From Octopus sinensis (taxonomy: Eukaryota), in assembly GCF_006345805.1 (NCBI RefSeq), contig NC_042997.1, forward strand, positions 139,686,001-139,750,000: DNA of 64,000 nucleotides, read 5' to 3'. Positions 1 to 13,200 of the stretch are shown piece by piece; position 1 is the first letter of the stretch; each line of letters starts with the position of its first letter. A program made the translations under genes and the position numbers. Below the pieces are notes generated by a model. That model was not told where the DNA came from and did not search any database. It saw only the letters and a list, made by a program, of their open reading frames with translations.

Positions 1-2017
1 ATACAGAGGTTGGACAAAATAATGGAAGCACCTTAAAATTTCAAACAGATATATTTTAACATGGATTAGGACCACCTTTGGCAGTAATTACAGCTTGAAT
101 TCTACGAGGTATGGACTCGTACAAAGTTTGAATTGTTTTCAAAGGAATTTTTGTCTATTCTTCAGCTAAAACAGTCTCCAGTTCTTGTAGTGATGATGGT
201 GGAGGATATTGACTCCTTACTTGTTTTTCTAAATTGCAACATAAATGTTCAATAATATTGAGATCTGGGGACTGTGGTGGCCAGATAATATGTTCAACTT
301 CACTAGAATGTTCCTTGTGCCATTCAGTAACAACTTTATCTGTGTGAATTGGTGTGTAGCGAGGCACAAAGAAGCCAGCACCATTTTGAAACAGCAAGAT
401 CTCACCTACAACCATTATTGAAGGAAGACATCAACATTTTCCCTCTCATTCTTCTCACGTTGATACCGAGCAAGATTTTGAAGCCAGGAGCTCACAGTGG
501 ACTTTTGTCCTGCTGTGATACCACATGTATTGTCTCTGGAGGTTATTGAACCTCATGTGTATGAGAGAGAAGGCTAACTACGCACTGCTGTGAAGATGGT
601 TACTGAAAGCAAACCCCTTGTACAAAGCACCTGTGAATAAATGGTTATTGAATTTACTCCATCTGAGAACTTCATTCTTTGTATTTCCAGCTACTTGAAT
701 CAATAGAATAATTATGATAAAGAAGATACCCCAAAAGTATCATGAAAACTTTCGTTCCATTATAGGTGCATTTTCATCCTGAAAGATTGTATTTCCCTCT
801 GGAAATAGTTCTGCAACCATAGGAACATAAGAGTGACAGACATGCACTTCATCACTTTTGTGGCTTGTCGATGCCACACACTTGTCTCTTCCTACATAAA
901 AACATCTCAGCCAGCCTGAGGTATGTAGAGTCAGTGAATAAACAATTCACTGGTTTTATAGAGATGATACAAGGCTGAATAAAATTCAAATTTTGCATTC
1001 GAAGCATCTCTAGATTAAAATTTTTATTTATATGATATACTTTAACACATATATATATTTGGTCAAATCAGCAGTTGAAACCATTAATCCAGATGCATAT
1101 TTTTTTCTCTCGCCATTTTTTTCCCTCTCTCCATTGCTTTCTCTCCTCATTCCTTTCTGTAAAGAGCACACAGTAGGGGCCAAAAGTTTGGAACATACAG
1201 AGGTTGGACAAAATAATGGAAGCACCTTAAAATTTCAAACAGATATATTTTAACATGGATTAGGACCACCTTTGGCAGTAATTACAGCTTGAATTCTACG
1301 AGGTATGGACTCGTACAAAGTTTGAATTGTTTTCAAAGGAATTTTTGTCTATTCTTCAGCTAAAACAGTCTCCAGTTCTTGTAGTGATGATGGTGGAGGA
1401 TATTGACTCCTTACTTGTTTTTCTAAATTGCAACATAAATGTTCAATAATATTGAGATCTGGGGACTGTGGTGGCCAGATAATATGTTCAACTTCACTAG
1501 AATGTTCCTTGTGCCATTCAGTAACAACTTTATCTGTGTGAATTGGTGTGTAGCGAGGCACAAAGAAGCCAGCACCATTTTGAAACAGCAAGATCTCACC
1601 TACAACCATTATTGAAGGAAGACATCAACATTTTCCCTCTCATTCTTCTCACGTTGATACCGAGCAAGATTTTGAAGCCAGGAGCTCACAGTGGACTTTT
1701 GTCCTGCTGTGATACCACATGTATTGTCTCTGGAGGTTATTGAACCTCATGTGTATGAGAGAGAAGGCTAACTACGCACTGCTGTGAAGATGGTTACTGA
1801 AAGCAAACCCCTTGTACAAAGCACCTGTGAATAAATGGTTATTGAATTTACTCCATCTGAGAACTTCATTCTTTGTATTTCCAGCTACTTGAATCAATAG
1901 AATAATTATGATAAAGAAGATACCCCAAAAGTATCATGAAAACTTTCGTTCCATTATAGGTGCATTTTCATCCTGAAAGATTGTATTTCCCTCTGGAAAT
2001 AGTTCTGCAACCATAGG
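1..2017 (+). repeat. 1194-bp-period tandem duplication (1-823 repeats as 1195-2017)
   Basis: The same text starts at 1 and 1195 (atacagaggttggacaaaataatgg), and the ORF track gives identical translations offset by 1194 (155/1349, 349/1543). The copies diverge after ccatagg at 823/2017. The first copy probably begins upstream of the window. Confidence 0.95.
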
Positions 2018-2755
2018 ATGAATTTGATCCGATAAAATGCTTAAATAGCCTTGACTATTAATTCTGCCATAAAAGGAAACCATTGGGCCAGTGGATTTCC
2101 AAAATATAGCCCCCCCCGATCATCACAGATCCTCCTCCATGTTTAACAGTTGGAAGTAGGCAGTGGAAACTGGGTTCTCGAGGTAGTCATTAAGCTCTGC
2201 AGTAATTTTGGGAGCTGTACTTTTGTGATCCTTTCTAACAATTCACAAAAGAGTCTAATGGTCCCTATCTGAAAGTTTTGGTTTTCTTCTGGAGTTTTGT
2301 TTCGACAAAGAGGTTTTTCCCTCTTTCTCAAAGGCTGTCATTATTTTTGATACAGTACTACTTGATACACCAAACATTTTAACTGTTTTCATTATGCTAG
2401 CACCCACAGTTTGACCTCTTTGAAAGTCTGACAGATCTTTCATTTTAAGGAATTTTAACTACCTTTTTCTGATGATATCTGAAAGAAACAGCAATTTTAG
2501 CTAAACATATTAAGCAACACTAATATTAAATCAAAAAACATTAAAATAAACAAGTTTTTGGCAGTTTTATAGATATTTCAAAATTATGATGCTAGGTGTT
2601 TCCATTATTTTGTCCAACCCCTGTAGGTCTGGAAATTAGAATTTATATATCAAATGCCCAAATATGTGCATTGTATATATTTGAATTGAACTGTACTTGG
2701 GCATAACAATTTTGATTTAAAAAAAAAAAATGTTCCAAACTTTTGGCCATGACTT
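1171..2755. mobile_element. Small Tc1-like MITE interrupted by a nested Tc1 element
   Basis: Imperfect TIRs CAGTAGGGGCCAAAAGTTTGGAACA (1171-1195) and TGTTCCAAACTTTTGGCCATGACTT (2731-2755). The inner element sits at the TA immediately after the left TIR. Confidence 0.7.
1198..2623 (-). mobile_element. Tc1 (DD34E-type) transposon, degenerate
   Basis: TIRs CAGAGGTTGGACAAAATAATGGAA / TTCCATTATTTTGTCCAACCCCTG with TA on both sides. Minus-strand transposase pieces: MKDLSDFQRGQ (HTH), TVKHGGGSVMI, IFQDENAPI, WPPQSPDLNIIEHL. Disrupted by frameshifts and a ~410-bp insertion. Confidence 0.93.
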
Positions 2756-2965
2756 TAGGCTTCAAACCTGAAAGATTCTTCCATTTTTCCTGGGTATCAA
2801 AGTAATATACCTTGTTTGTTGTTCCTTCACTTGTTTCTGTCTTCTGTTTTTTGTATTTTGTACAATTTTGAAATATAAACACACACACACACAAATATAA
2901 ACACACATACATACATTGTTTTAAAAAATATCTTTCATCCTTCCGTTTCTTATATTTAACACTAG

Positions 2966-4181
2966 TTGAAACAAATTGCCAAGATAAATGAAACACTACC
3001 ACCAAGTCAACCAGATGATTCTCCCACAATCCATTTTGTACCCTTACAAACGGTAAGTTTTTCTTTGCAACTAATTTTAATAATACATTGAGAGGCTGGT
3101 GAGGGGGAGAAGGTACAGTGTTTATTGCCATTTAGGTCTTCTTAGACTAGGGTAATAAGAAACTCCATTAGCATAACTAATTTCACTTCAGATCAGCACC
3201 AACAAACTTATCTTCCATCTATCTAGCCATATGATGCATACTAATATGCAGCTTGTAACATATTTTGCAACAAGAACCAAACTGTACTGTCTTCCTATCT
3301 TTATTACTTTCAGAATATGCCTCACTCAAATTAATCTCACTTCAAATGATGACTCACATTACATAAAAACAAAGGCACATTATTACAGTCAATTAAAAAT
3401 TACACCATCATTCAACACTATTTTGCAAGTTTGTTTCTTTGCTTTTTAGCATTGATGTTACTTTGTCAAATGTAAAGCTTGTTTATGCACATTGTTTTGA
3501 ATTAATTATGCATTATCTTGTCACTTCGAGATTTTGATGATATGGTTGTTTATTTTTTAAATGACATTGTAGGGTAGATGTGAGAGACTGGATATAGCCA
3601 GTTTGAGCATAAAATGGGTAGAATATTTTGGCTGGATATGCTGGATTAAATGCTAAAGGGTTAAAGAAATTAGTACATTTATCACGCAATGCATTTCAAA
3701 TGAATATTTTTATAAATTCAAGGTTATGCTATTGTTCTATACATTTATTATTATTCTAAGTGCAGGTTAACATGATTAATGGAGTAATCAAAAATGCATT
3801 TTTAATCAATTGAAATCATACTGTAATGAGAAGAAGCAAGGGAAAGAAATGTGAAAGTCATTAGCATTAATGAAAGTTCATTTCAAAGGGGTCAAATCAT
3901 GGGTATAATACCACATCATAAAAATTTGTTTCGGCTCACTCTATTATGTTGGTCTGCATGTAATTCCATTACTCATGTAGAAGGCTCAAGAAATTTCTCT
4001 GTTTATATTCCAGTCTCAGAAAGGATACTCTCGACGAAGTTCTGGAATACTTGCAACAGTAAATACACCCAAAACACTTATACAGAGGTTTCTAGATGAA
4101 GGTAAGTTCCTATACATTATACTTCTACCTTTCATTCTGCATTATTGTTTTGTTTCATATTTCCTCTCTAATTAATTGTAA

Positions 4182-4218
<37 letters not shown>

Positions 4219-7200
4219 TGAGCAAAAGTTTATCAAATATCACAGAAGATAAATTCTTGATTTATTGACATTATCTTCCCTTCCAAAGGAGAATGAACTA
4301 ACACCGCCTGATAATTGCAATCTACTCCAAAAATAGAAAGCAAGATAATCTCTAAACAAATCAAAACTTCTTTGAAACTGACATACTGATGGTCTTTGTC
4401 GAGGGCAGAAACTTGTGTCCACAGTTGTCCTCTTGTCTCCAGATAATCAGACTATCTTTTCCTTAATGACCTGGTCTCCTGAAAGTACCAAATAGATGAA
4501 GCTAGTGTACACAAATATCTGTATGCATGCAAACCTGCAAATGCATTTATGTATGCATCCATAATCTAGAATATCCTCATTCTAGAAACTTGGTGATTGT
4601 GATTGTAACCACTTTAAATTTTATATAACTAACCTGAAGCATCCTAATAACTTTGATTGTTTCTTGTAGCTCCAACTGAAACTCCACTAATACCATCCAA
4701 TATGACAGGCTGCAACTCTTCATTAGAAAGATCTTCTGTACCGTTACCTGCCAAAGTAATGGATTCTTCTCACAATTACAGGTAATAATAAAATAATTAT
4801 GTGATGATATATGCATCAAGTGCATGATGTATATGTGATGCAAATGTAATATTTTTGAGTGTCTGTGTAGTTATACATGTGTGTATCTACTTTTAAAGGT
4901 TAGCCTGATGATTGGGTATTTGTCAAGATAGTACCTATGAACTTCGCAGGCTCTTCTATAGCACTAAGATTGAAGCACTTTATATATTGGTAACTAAATC
5001 AAGGAGGTCTGCCTCAAAAAGGGCTAAATCTTTTATCCTGTGAGAGCCAGATTGCCGTGATTTAATTACCAATATTAGATTCCATAAGTACTATAGCCTC
5101 TTTCAACCCAAACTAAAATCTAACATTAGAAACTTTAGAAGCTCTAAAAAGAAGTTTGTAATTTCTTTTAAGACTAGAGGACGCACACTCTCCCACCCTG
5201 ATGTAATCTCCAGGGATACAGGCATCCAGCAACAGGACCTCCGTAATGCTATGATGGACTGTGAAGTCTGGCGTAACATAGTAAATTCCATTGTTTCAAT
5301 CACGGTCGAACAATGATGATGATGATGAAGACCAGAACCTGTATGAAGTCACTAATGATCTATATGATAAGTTTCTGAATGACACCATTTCCACTAAATA
5401 TAAGACAGATGCAATGATATTAATGATGAGGCTAAATTCCTCTCTAAATGTATTAAAATTGAAGATTGATTAGAATGTTTAGCAAAAATAGAAGCTTTTA
5501 TTATTCTAAAAGATCACAAACCTAATTTCTGTAATAAGCTCATTTGCAGATTGTTAAACCCAGCAAGGACTGAAATCAGGTTAATAGCCAAAAAAATACT
5601 AAGGAACATTAATATCAAAACCAGAGAGACCAATTAAGTCACATGAAGAAGAGAGGGAATGATGATTAGCAAAAGAGGGTGACACACTTAAACTGAATAT
5701 ATTGAATATATTACATTAATGGAACTTCAGTGAATTATTTATTTTATATTTACATGATTTTGTGTGTCTATGTACATATTTCTGTGTTTTTTACACACAT
5801 CTACATGCATATATGTATGTGTAGACAGAAGTTTCATGTATCTTATGTATGTGTGTAATTTATAAATGTGAACATCATTTGTGATTTTATGATTAAGAAG
5901 TTAACTATTCTTCATTTTATATGCAGTGTAAGTATATAGATTTGTATATGTACATGTTCATGTTGGGAGTAATCTATTGTCTGATGTTTTTTTGGTCTGT
6001 ATATATGTGTGTGCATATATGTAGAGTATCTGCTGTCATGTATATATACAGGGTGCGATGGTTAAATTGTTGCCATTTTATATTTTTAATTTTGTGCATC
6101 TGCATTGTTTGTTTTTGATTTTGTCAACTACACAGTATAGTAGGGTCAGTTGGGCACCATCTGTTTAAAAAAATCAGTACCATGATGCAATTCACTCTGC
6201 CAGAAATTTGGAAAGGACATGCTGTACTGCTTGGCATTTGTGCCAAAAGCTCCAATACAACCATTTCAGAGTGTTTGGGTGTCAATTTGAGGACAGTGCA
6301 TGTACTGAGAGTGATAAAAATCAAACATCCAGTCAACATCATGGTGTTTGGCGTGATCATTAGTGATGGTGACGTTATGCCTCCATTCATCTTTCCATAT
6401 GGCCGCAGACTCAACAGGCCTACATCGAGTGCCTGGAGGAGGTAGTGCTGCCCTGGGTTGAAAGGGTGGCTGCTGGAAGATCTTATGTCTGGCAACAGGA
6501 CTCTGCAGCATGCCACACAAGCAGGAGAATCCAGTCATGGCTGACAGACAATCTTTGTGACCACATCATCCCTAACATCTGGCCACATAACTCCCCAAAC
6601 TGCGACCCCCTTGATTATTATGTGTGGAGTGCAGTTGATCGAGAGGCCAACAAAACTCCTTGTAACACCAAAGATGAACTGAAGGCAAGGATTATAGCAG
6701 CATTCACCAGCTTAAAGAAGGAGACTGTCCAGGAGAGGTGCAGGAGATTCCGAAGTCGTCTGGATGCTGTGGTTGAAGCCAATGACGAATAAATTGAATA
6801 AATTTACTCTTTAATATTTTAAGATATTTTTATGTAATTTTGGTAAATTTATCTGTTAAAATGAGATATCAGTGTTATTTTCGTTCTTGCGTAATGTAGC
6901 TAACAATATATTCACCGCACCCTGTATCATCATCATCATCATTTAGCGTCCGTTTTCCATGCTAGCATGGGTTGGACAGTTTAACTGGGGTCTGTGAAGC
7001 TGGAAGGCTTCATCAGGCCCAGTCAGATCTGGCAGTGTTTCTACGGCTGGATGTCCTTCCTAACGCCAACAACTCCGTGAGTGTAGTGGGTGCTTTTACG
7101 TGCCACCTGCACAGGTGCCAGACATATAGTTTTGTACTTGTTTGTACAGTGTAATCTTTTTCTCTAACTTACTTTCTTCTTTGTTGATTATTTTTATTAT

Positions 7201-10200
7201 CCCCTACACACCCCTACAACATGACACATTCTTTCGCCATTAAATTCCTTTCTTGCCTTATCTTCTACTTCACCTCTGCAAGTGTGCCTTATTGATCTAG
7301 TGTGGGAACAAACTTACAGCAAACATGTTTACAGATAGCTCCTACATAAATCTGTTTCAAGTCATGCTGAGCCCGATATATTGCTGATCTACAAACTCTT
7401 TAGGCATATCTGAAGTTTTACTTTCATACAAAAGCCATAGAAAGTTCAATACATGGCAGTGTCCTTTTTTATATGTTTCCTGACCAACAAACAGAATTTG
7501 CTTCTACTGCTTTTCTGCCTCCATGAATACATAGTTATCTGAAAGATGAGCTAGCATTAACAGCATCAACTAATGTATGTGAGAGATGACTGTATGGGTA
7601 TGAATGTATAAGAGAATGAAGAATGTGTGCAGAATAAAAGGCGGCCCATGTGTTGTTGGTGGAGAAAAGCATTGGAAGTGGAGTAATCGAAACAGTAAAC
7701 TTCAAAGAAGTTGAATTGTTAAATGATGCAAAACAGATGAATTGTTCAATGATGCAGAACAAACTTTTCTGCCCATACTAACATGGAAAAATTGAGATTG
7801 TGACATAGTTTCTTGACAAATCTAAGTATAATAGGTAAAGCATTGATTTGCCAACATATTTTTCATGAATTCAGCATTATTGCATATGGAAAATTTAATT
7901 CTGTGTACCTCAGTTTGCTATGGTGTGATGAATAGATTCTAGATTTTCAGGGAATGTCACCTATGGTAAACTGAGATCATACTCAGAATATGATACATTT
8001 CTCACTTTATTTCTTCTTATTGTTTATTGTTGTTTTTTGGGAGAAGGTACACAAAACGCAACTCTTAGCAATAATTCCTTTTACTGGCAGAGTTTATATC
8101 ATGTTGAACTACTGTTTTTTTTTCTTTTTTTTTTTCATATATCAAAGTTAAGCAATATTGAACTTGCTATTATTTAGTTGAATAATTATTTAGAAAAACC
8201 CTAGTGATATGAACATCTTAATTCTAATTGAAATAAATGGTTGAGTGCATTTGGTATTGGACTACTTATCCTGAAGACTTGAGTTCATATCTGCTAGAAT
8301 ATTTTCTTGTGTATTTAAGCACTATACTAAATATTATACACCTCAATTCACTTAGCTTGTCAGGAAAAGATACCAGGTCACTTGGGAATGTTAAATGAAA
8401 CAGACTGATGTCTTTTCCAAAGGGATATTTGTTTCTTATTGCCATATCCTTAAAACCTCATCAGGACAAGAATGCTAAAGTTTTTACTATTTGTAAATGG
8501 CTTATCCATTGATAAAGAATCTAGAGCTAACTTCTGGTTCTAAATGTGCTTGTGTTTCAAAAGATATTTATCATTAAACAATATTATTTCATATTTTCAG
8601 AAAAAATAGTTAATCTATTTTTTTTTTTTATGTTTACTTTTATAACTCTTTTTCACTCCAGAGATCTTTCAGTAACTACTAGTGACCTTGAAGAGGAGCC
8701 TGCATTGGGGAGCGAATCAATAACTTCAGAAGAAATAGCTTCAAAAAAACTTAAAGGTTTATTTTTTTTTTCATCTGTCATTTACCTTACATCAATTTTT
8801 AGTTTCAGTTTTCATTTATTTTATAACAACTGTATATTGTATGAGTATTTTTATAAACAAATTTAAAAGTGCCAAGTGAGTTGGTATTTTGCAGAAAATA
8901 AAGTAAATCTTGTACACAGTATAGCTGTGAAAACAGCTTAGAAGATTGGGTAAATAATACCCTTAGAAGATAAAGCTACAGAGAGTCAAACCCTGTAGCT
9001 CTCAGATATTGTATGTAATTACTGTTGGATTGTCTTGATTGTGGGTGTATGGTCATGTGTAGTATTCTGGTGTTGCAATGAAGATGTTAAATGTGATGTC
9101 ATACAGAAACACTAACTATAGGTACTAACTTTGTAAAATCAAGACATCTCAGAAATGATGTTTTTTTTAATAATAATTTGAGTGATTACCTGGTACATTC
9201 CATGTTAGCATGGAACAGTCATGTTAAATGACAGTGATAAATTACTGAGAAAGGGAAGCTTAATGATATATGAATAGATTGTTAAATCTCATTTTGTTAT
9301 CTTATTATTATGAAGATCTCTTATTGCCTTCAGATCTGTAATTGTAATTACATCTTGTTCTCTTAATTCAGAATTCTTCATTCGGGTCTTTAGTTATTGC
9401 AATTGTACATAGCATTAGTTATACAAATGTCATTTGCATCTAAACTGTAGAATGATTTTTAGGCCTGCCTATTCTTGTACCATATAATTTCTAATTAGAT
9501 GTTTACTAGAATGCATAGAGTTAAATTACTAAGTAAAAAGCTCAGTCATGTAATGGTTGTTACAGAACAGAAATTAACAATAGACGAAGAGATTAGAGTC
9601 TTTCTCACTTATAGTTCTTTTTCTCCTTCAAAATGAATGTAATCAAGGTTAATACAATTCTTGTGATATGTGTTTCAAGATTGGCTGATAGATGCAGTCC
9701 TGTGCACTACCACGTCTGACAGGAAGTTAAGGGTTAAAAAAAAGGTTTTATGTTTCTAAATGCAATGAATATGTTATTACTCATTTATCTCAGTTTTGAG
9801 TGAAGCCCATACTTTTCATTTGAACTAGAGATGCTTTTAGGAGTCAACTCTGTTGCAAGTAACCAAATGTATTACATGATTGAAGGTCAATTGAGATTAG
9901 TGCACCATTCTCTTTGTCAAAAGGTACCAGTGGAAAAGACTTCTAAACAAAGGCTGAGAGCTGCTCTGTTATGTATTACGTATTTCTTTTCTTGTGATTG
10001 CTGTTTTTCCTCAGCAGATATAGACTCATTTCTGTTGAAGTAAGACAACATAAGACTATGATGGCCAATCTAAGGCCACTTTCACATTGACTAGTGCTGT
10101 AGTTAGCAACACTTTCACTTATAGGTCTTTTTGCCATCTGATGCAGCTACTTTTCTTATCTATGTTAAACTATAAACTATCATTTGTAATAATAATTCAT

Positions 10201-13200
10201 GAGATTAAACAGAAATTAAAAATTCACTTGTTTTAAAGGAAGGTTTGTTAAAATTTGATAAACTTAGGATTTAAAAACTTAGATTTCATAGGTAAAATAA
10301 TGAGGAATAAATGAGAATGTGCTGCTGTTACAATCCATCCACCTCTGCCTCAAGTTTTGTAACACTAATAAAATGTCTTCATTGTTATCAGATGTAGGCT
10401 TTCAGAAAAATTATTCAAAAGGGCTGAAGCGACCAAGAAGACAAATAACAGCAAAAGACATAGCAGATGGAGTGAAACAATCACAAGGTAAGTTAAGAAT
10501 ATTTTAAATTTCAACAAAGTAGTGTAAAGAAAAATACATCAGGGTAGCATTCTGCCCATCATCATCATCACCATTGTCATCATCATCTTATCATCAACTT
10601 TTCCATGCTTGCTTAATCAGACAAAGTTTGTTGAAGTGGATTTTCTAATGCTGGATGCTCTTTCTGTTACCAACCCTCCTCATCTGTTTCCAAATAAGAT
10701 AATATTTCTTCATGGCCAGACATGTTTTATGGAAGATTGGAAATGATTAACATTGTTTTAATGAAGTTTACACACATTTACGCCCATTACATGACATCAA
10801 AATAAGGGGGTGTGCGCACACACACATGTATATATGAAGGGCTTCTTTCAGTTTCTGTGTACCAAATTTACTCTCAAGGCTTTCGTCAACCTGGAGCTAC
10901 AGTAGAAAACACTTGCCCATGATGCTGTACAGTAGGATTTAACCTGAAAGTACATGGTTGGGAAGCAAGCTACTTAACCACACAGCCATGCCTACTAAAT
11001 ACACTGTAGAGTGTCACATATGTAATACAAAGAGTTGAAAAACTTTGGTCAACTGAACTTGTCCAAGTAATTAGTGGACAAAAACTCCCTCTTGAGATGT
11101 TTATGATCTAAAACAAGAAACAAGGGAAATAATTTACCTGCAATAAGATCAGTTAAAGGAAATTTTTAGACAATAGATAATGCACATTGGAATGGATCTG
11201 GTCATGTACTGAAAGCAATGAACATGTTTAAGTCTTATGTTTTCTTAACAAAGCATATTCTACTCAGTTAGCAACACAAATAGTTCATTCAGTCATTTTT
11301 ATGTCCATTTTTCCATGTTAGTGTGGTGGCAGTATAGAGAGGGGAAATATTCAATATACACAAGAAGAGTATTTTCTTTTCTGTAATGAGAAGCATGGCA
11401 CAGTGAGTAGAAGAAATGATGAGATGAGAGGGGATAGAATCGGCACAGTTGCTAGGAGAATGGATAGTAGAGAGGTGTGAGGGTATAGAATGGGCAATAG
11501 TGTGCACAAAATAGTAGGCACACGTACCCATATTAATGCAGTTTTCTGTCTTTTACACTGCACCTAATTATTCTTATACCCAGTTTGTCTCTCATTTCAT
11601 ATATGCTTTGTCATTTGTGCACACTAGTATGTTACATCCAACAAAGTTACTTACCTCATTTCTTTCCAGCATTCCACACCCAAAGCCCACATCTCACAGC
11701 ACACTTCACACATAAGCATCATACAGTCTGCCCTTGGCCTTGAGGAATAAACCCTAGCAGAAGAAATATCTTCCTGAACTTTTTTCCAGCCCATTCTTAT
11801 TCTAGCTATCACCCTTTCAGAACAACTTCCCTGACAGCTAATTTGATCACCTAGGTAATGAAAGCTGTTGACACCTTTTAGGGAATTGTTTGGATATTTG
11901 AGTGAAACTGTGTATTAAGTGCTCTTAGTACTTACTGCCCCTGCTGCATATGAAACTTACCTTCTTTGTTAACCTCTATATGTGTGTGCATGCATGCAGG
12001 TGTACTGTGTGGTAAGAAGTTTACTTCTCAACCACATGGTTTTGAATACAGTCCCAATATGTGGTACCTTGGGCAAGTGTCTTCTACTATAGCCCCAGAC
12101 TAATCAAAGCCTTGTGAGTGGATTTGGTGCAAGAGGTGTCCTTCAATTCTATTTTTCAAAACATGTCTGGTCATGGAGCAATATTACCTTCCTTGGAAAC
12201 AGGTGAAGGTTGGCAACAGGAAGGGCATCCGACTGTAGAAAATCTGTCTCAATAAATTCTATCCAACCCATGTGAGCATGGAAAAGTGGTTATTAAATGA
12301 TGATGATAATATATCTATCTATCTGTAAGCATGACCTTCAAACATTGGGCCTCACCGAGGCAATGACTAGTGACCGGGACCTCTGGAAATACGCTGTGCT
12401 TGAGAAGACTCGGCAAGCGCAAGTGAGACCATAACCTTGTGGCCTATGCCAGCGGTGTAACCAGTCCACTTATGCATGCCTTTCCTTCATTGGACACTAA
12501 ACTCTGCTTGCAAAGACCTGTTGAGGCAAGTGAAATCGAAATTAAATTCGATGACTGGCATCTATGCTAGTGGAGCGCTAAGAGTACCATACGAGTGAGA
12601 TCGTTGCCAGAGCAACAAGGTGGCCTCTGTGCCGATGGCACGTTAAAAACACCATTCGAGCGTCATCGTTACCTGCGTAACCTTATTAGCACTTGTACTG
12701 GTGGCACATGTAAAAACATTCGAGTGAGGTCGTTGCCAGTGCTGCTGGACTGGCTCCTGTGCAGGTGGCACATAAAAAGCACCATTTGAGCGTGGTCGTT
12801 GCCAGTACCACTTAACTGGCACATAAAAGCACCCACTACACTCTCGGAGTGGTTGGCGTTAGGAAGGGCATCCAGCTGTAGAAACTGCCAGATCAGATTG
12901 GAGTCTGGTACAGCCATCTGGTTTGCGAAACATCAATCAAATCGTCCACCCCATGCTAGCATGGAAAGTGGACGTTAAACGATGATGATGATATATATAT
13001 ATATATTGACAGGACACAGATAGTGTCTATAGCCAGCTGGAGGAGATATCTTCCTGGGGCTACAAACTACAGTAGCATCCACCCTTACGGGTTAGCCATA
13101 TTCAAATGGCAAATATGCAACACGATGTGTTACCACTACTGTTTATAACTCGCTCTGAGATTTATCATTGTTTGATTTCACTTTTTCAATATCAGTGTCA

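Noticed and set aside
2643-3131. 162-aa minus-strand ORF
   Set aside because: It is antisense to the CENP-T exon 2966-3052, runs through a CA microsatellite and a MITE end, and has no recognisable motif.
13031-13115. Possible HDV-like, twister or pistol ribozyme in the direct-repeat module
   Set aside because: P1-like and P3-like pairings exist (GGGGCTA/TAGCCAT, ACC/GGT), but I could not place P2', the P1.1 GG or the catalytic C, nor the twister or pistol cores.
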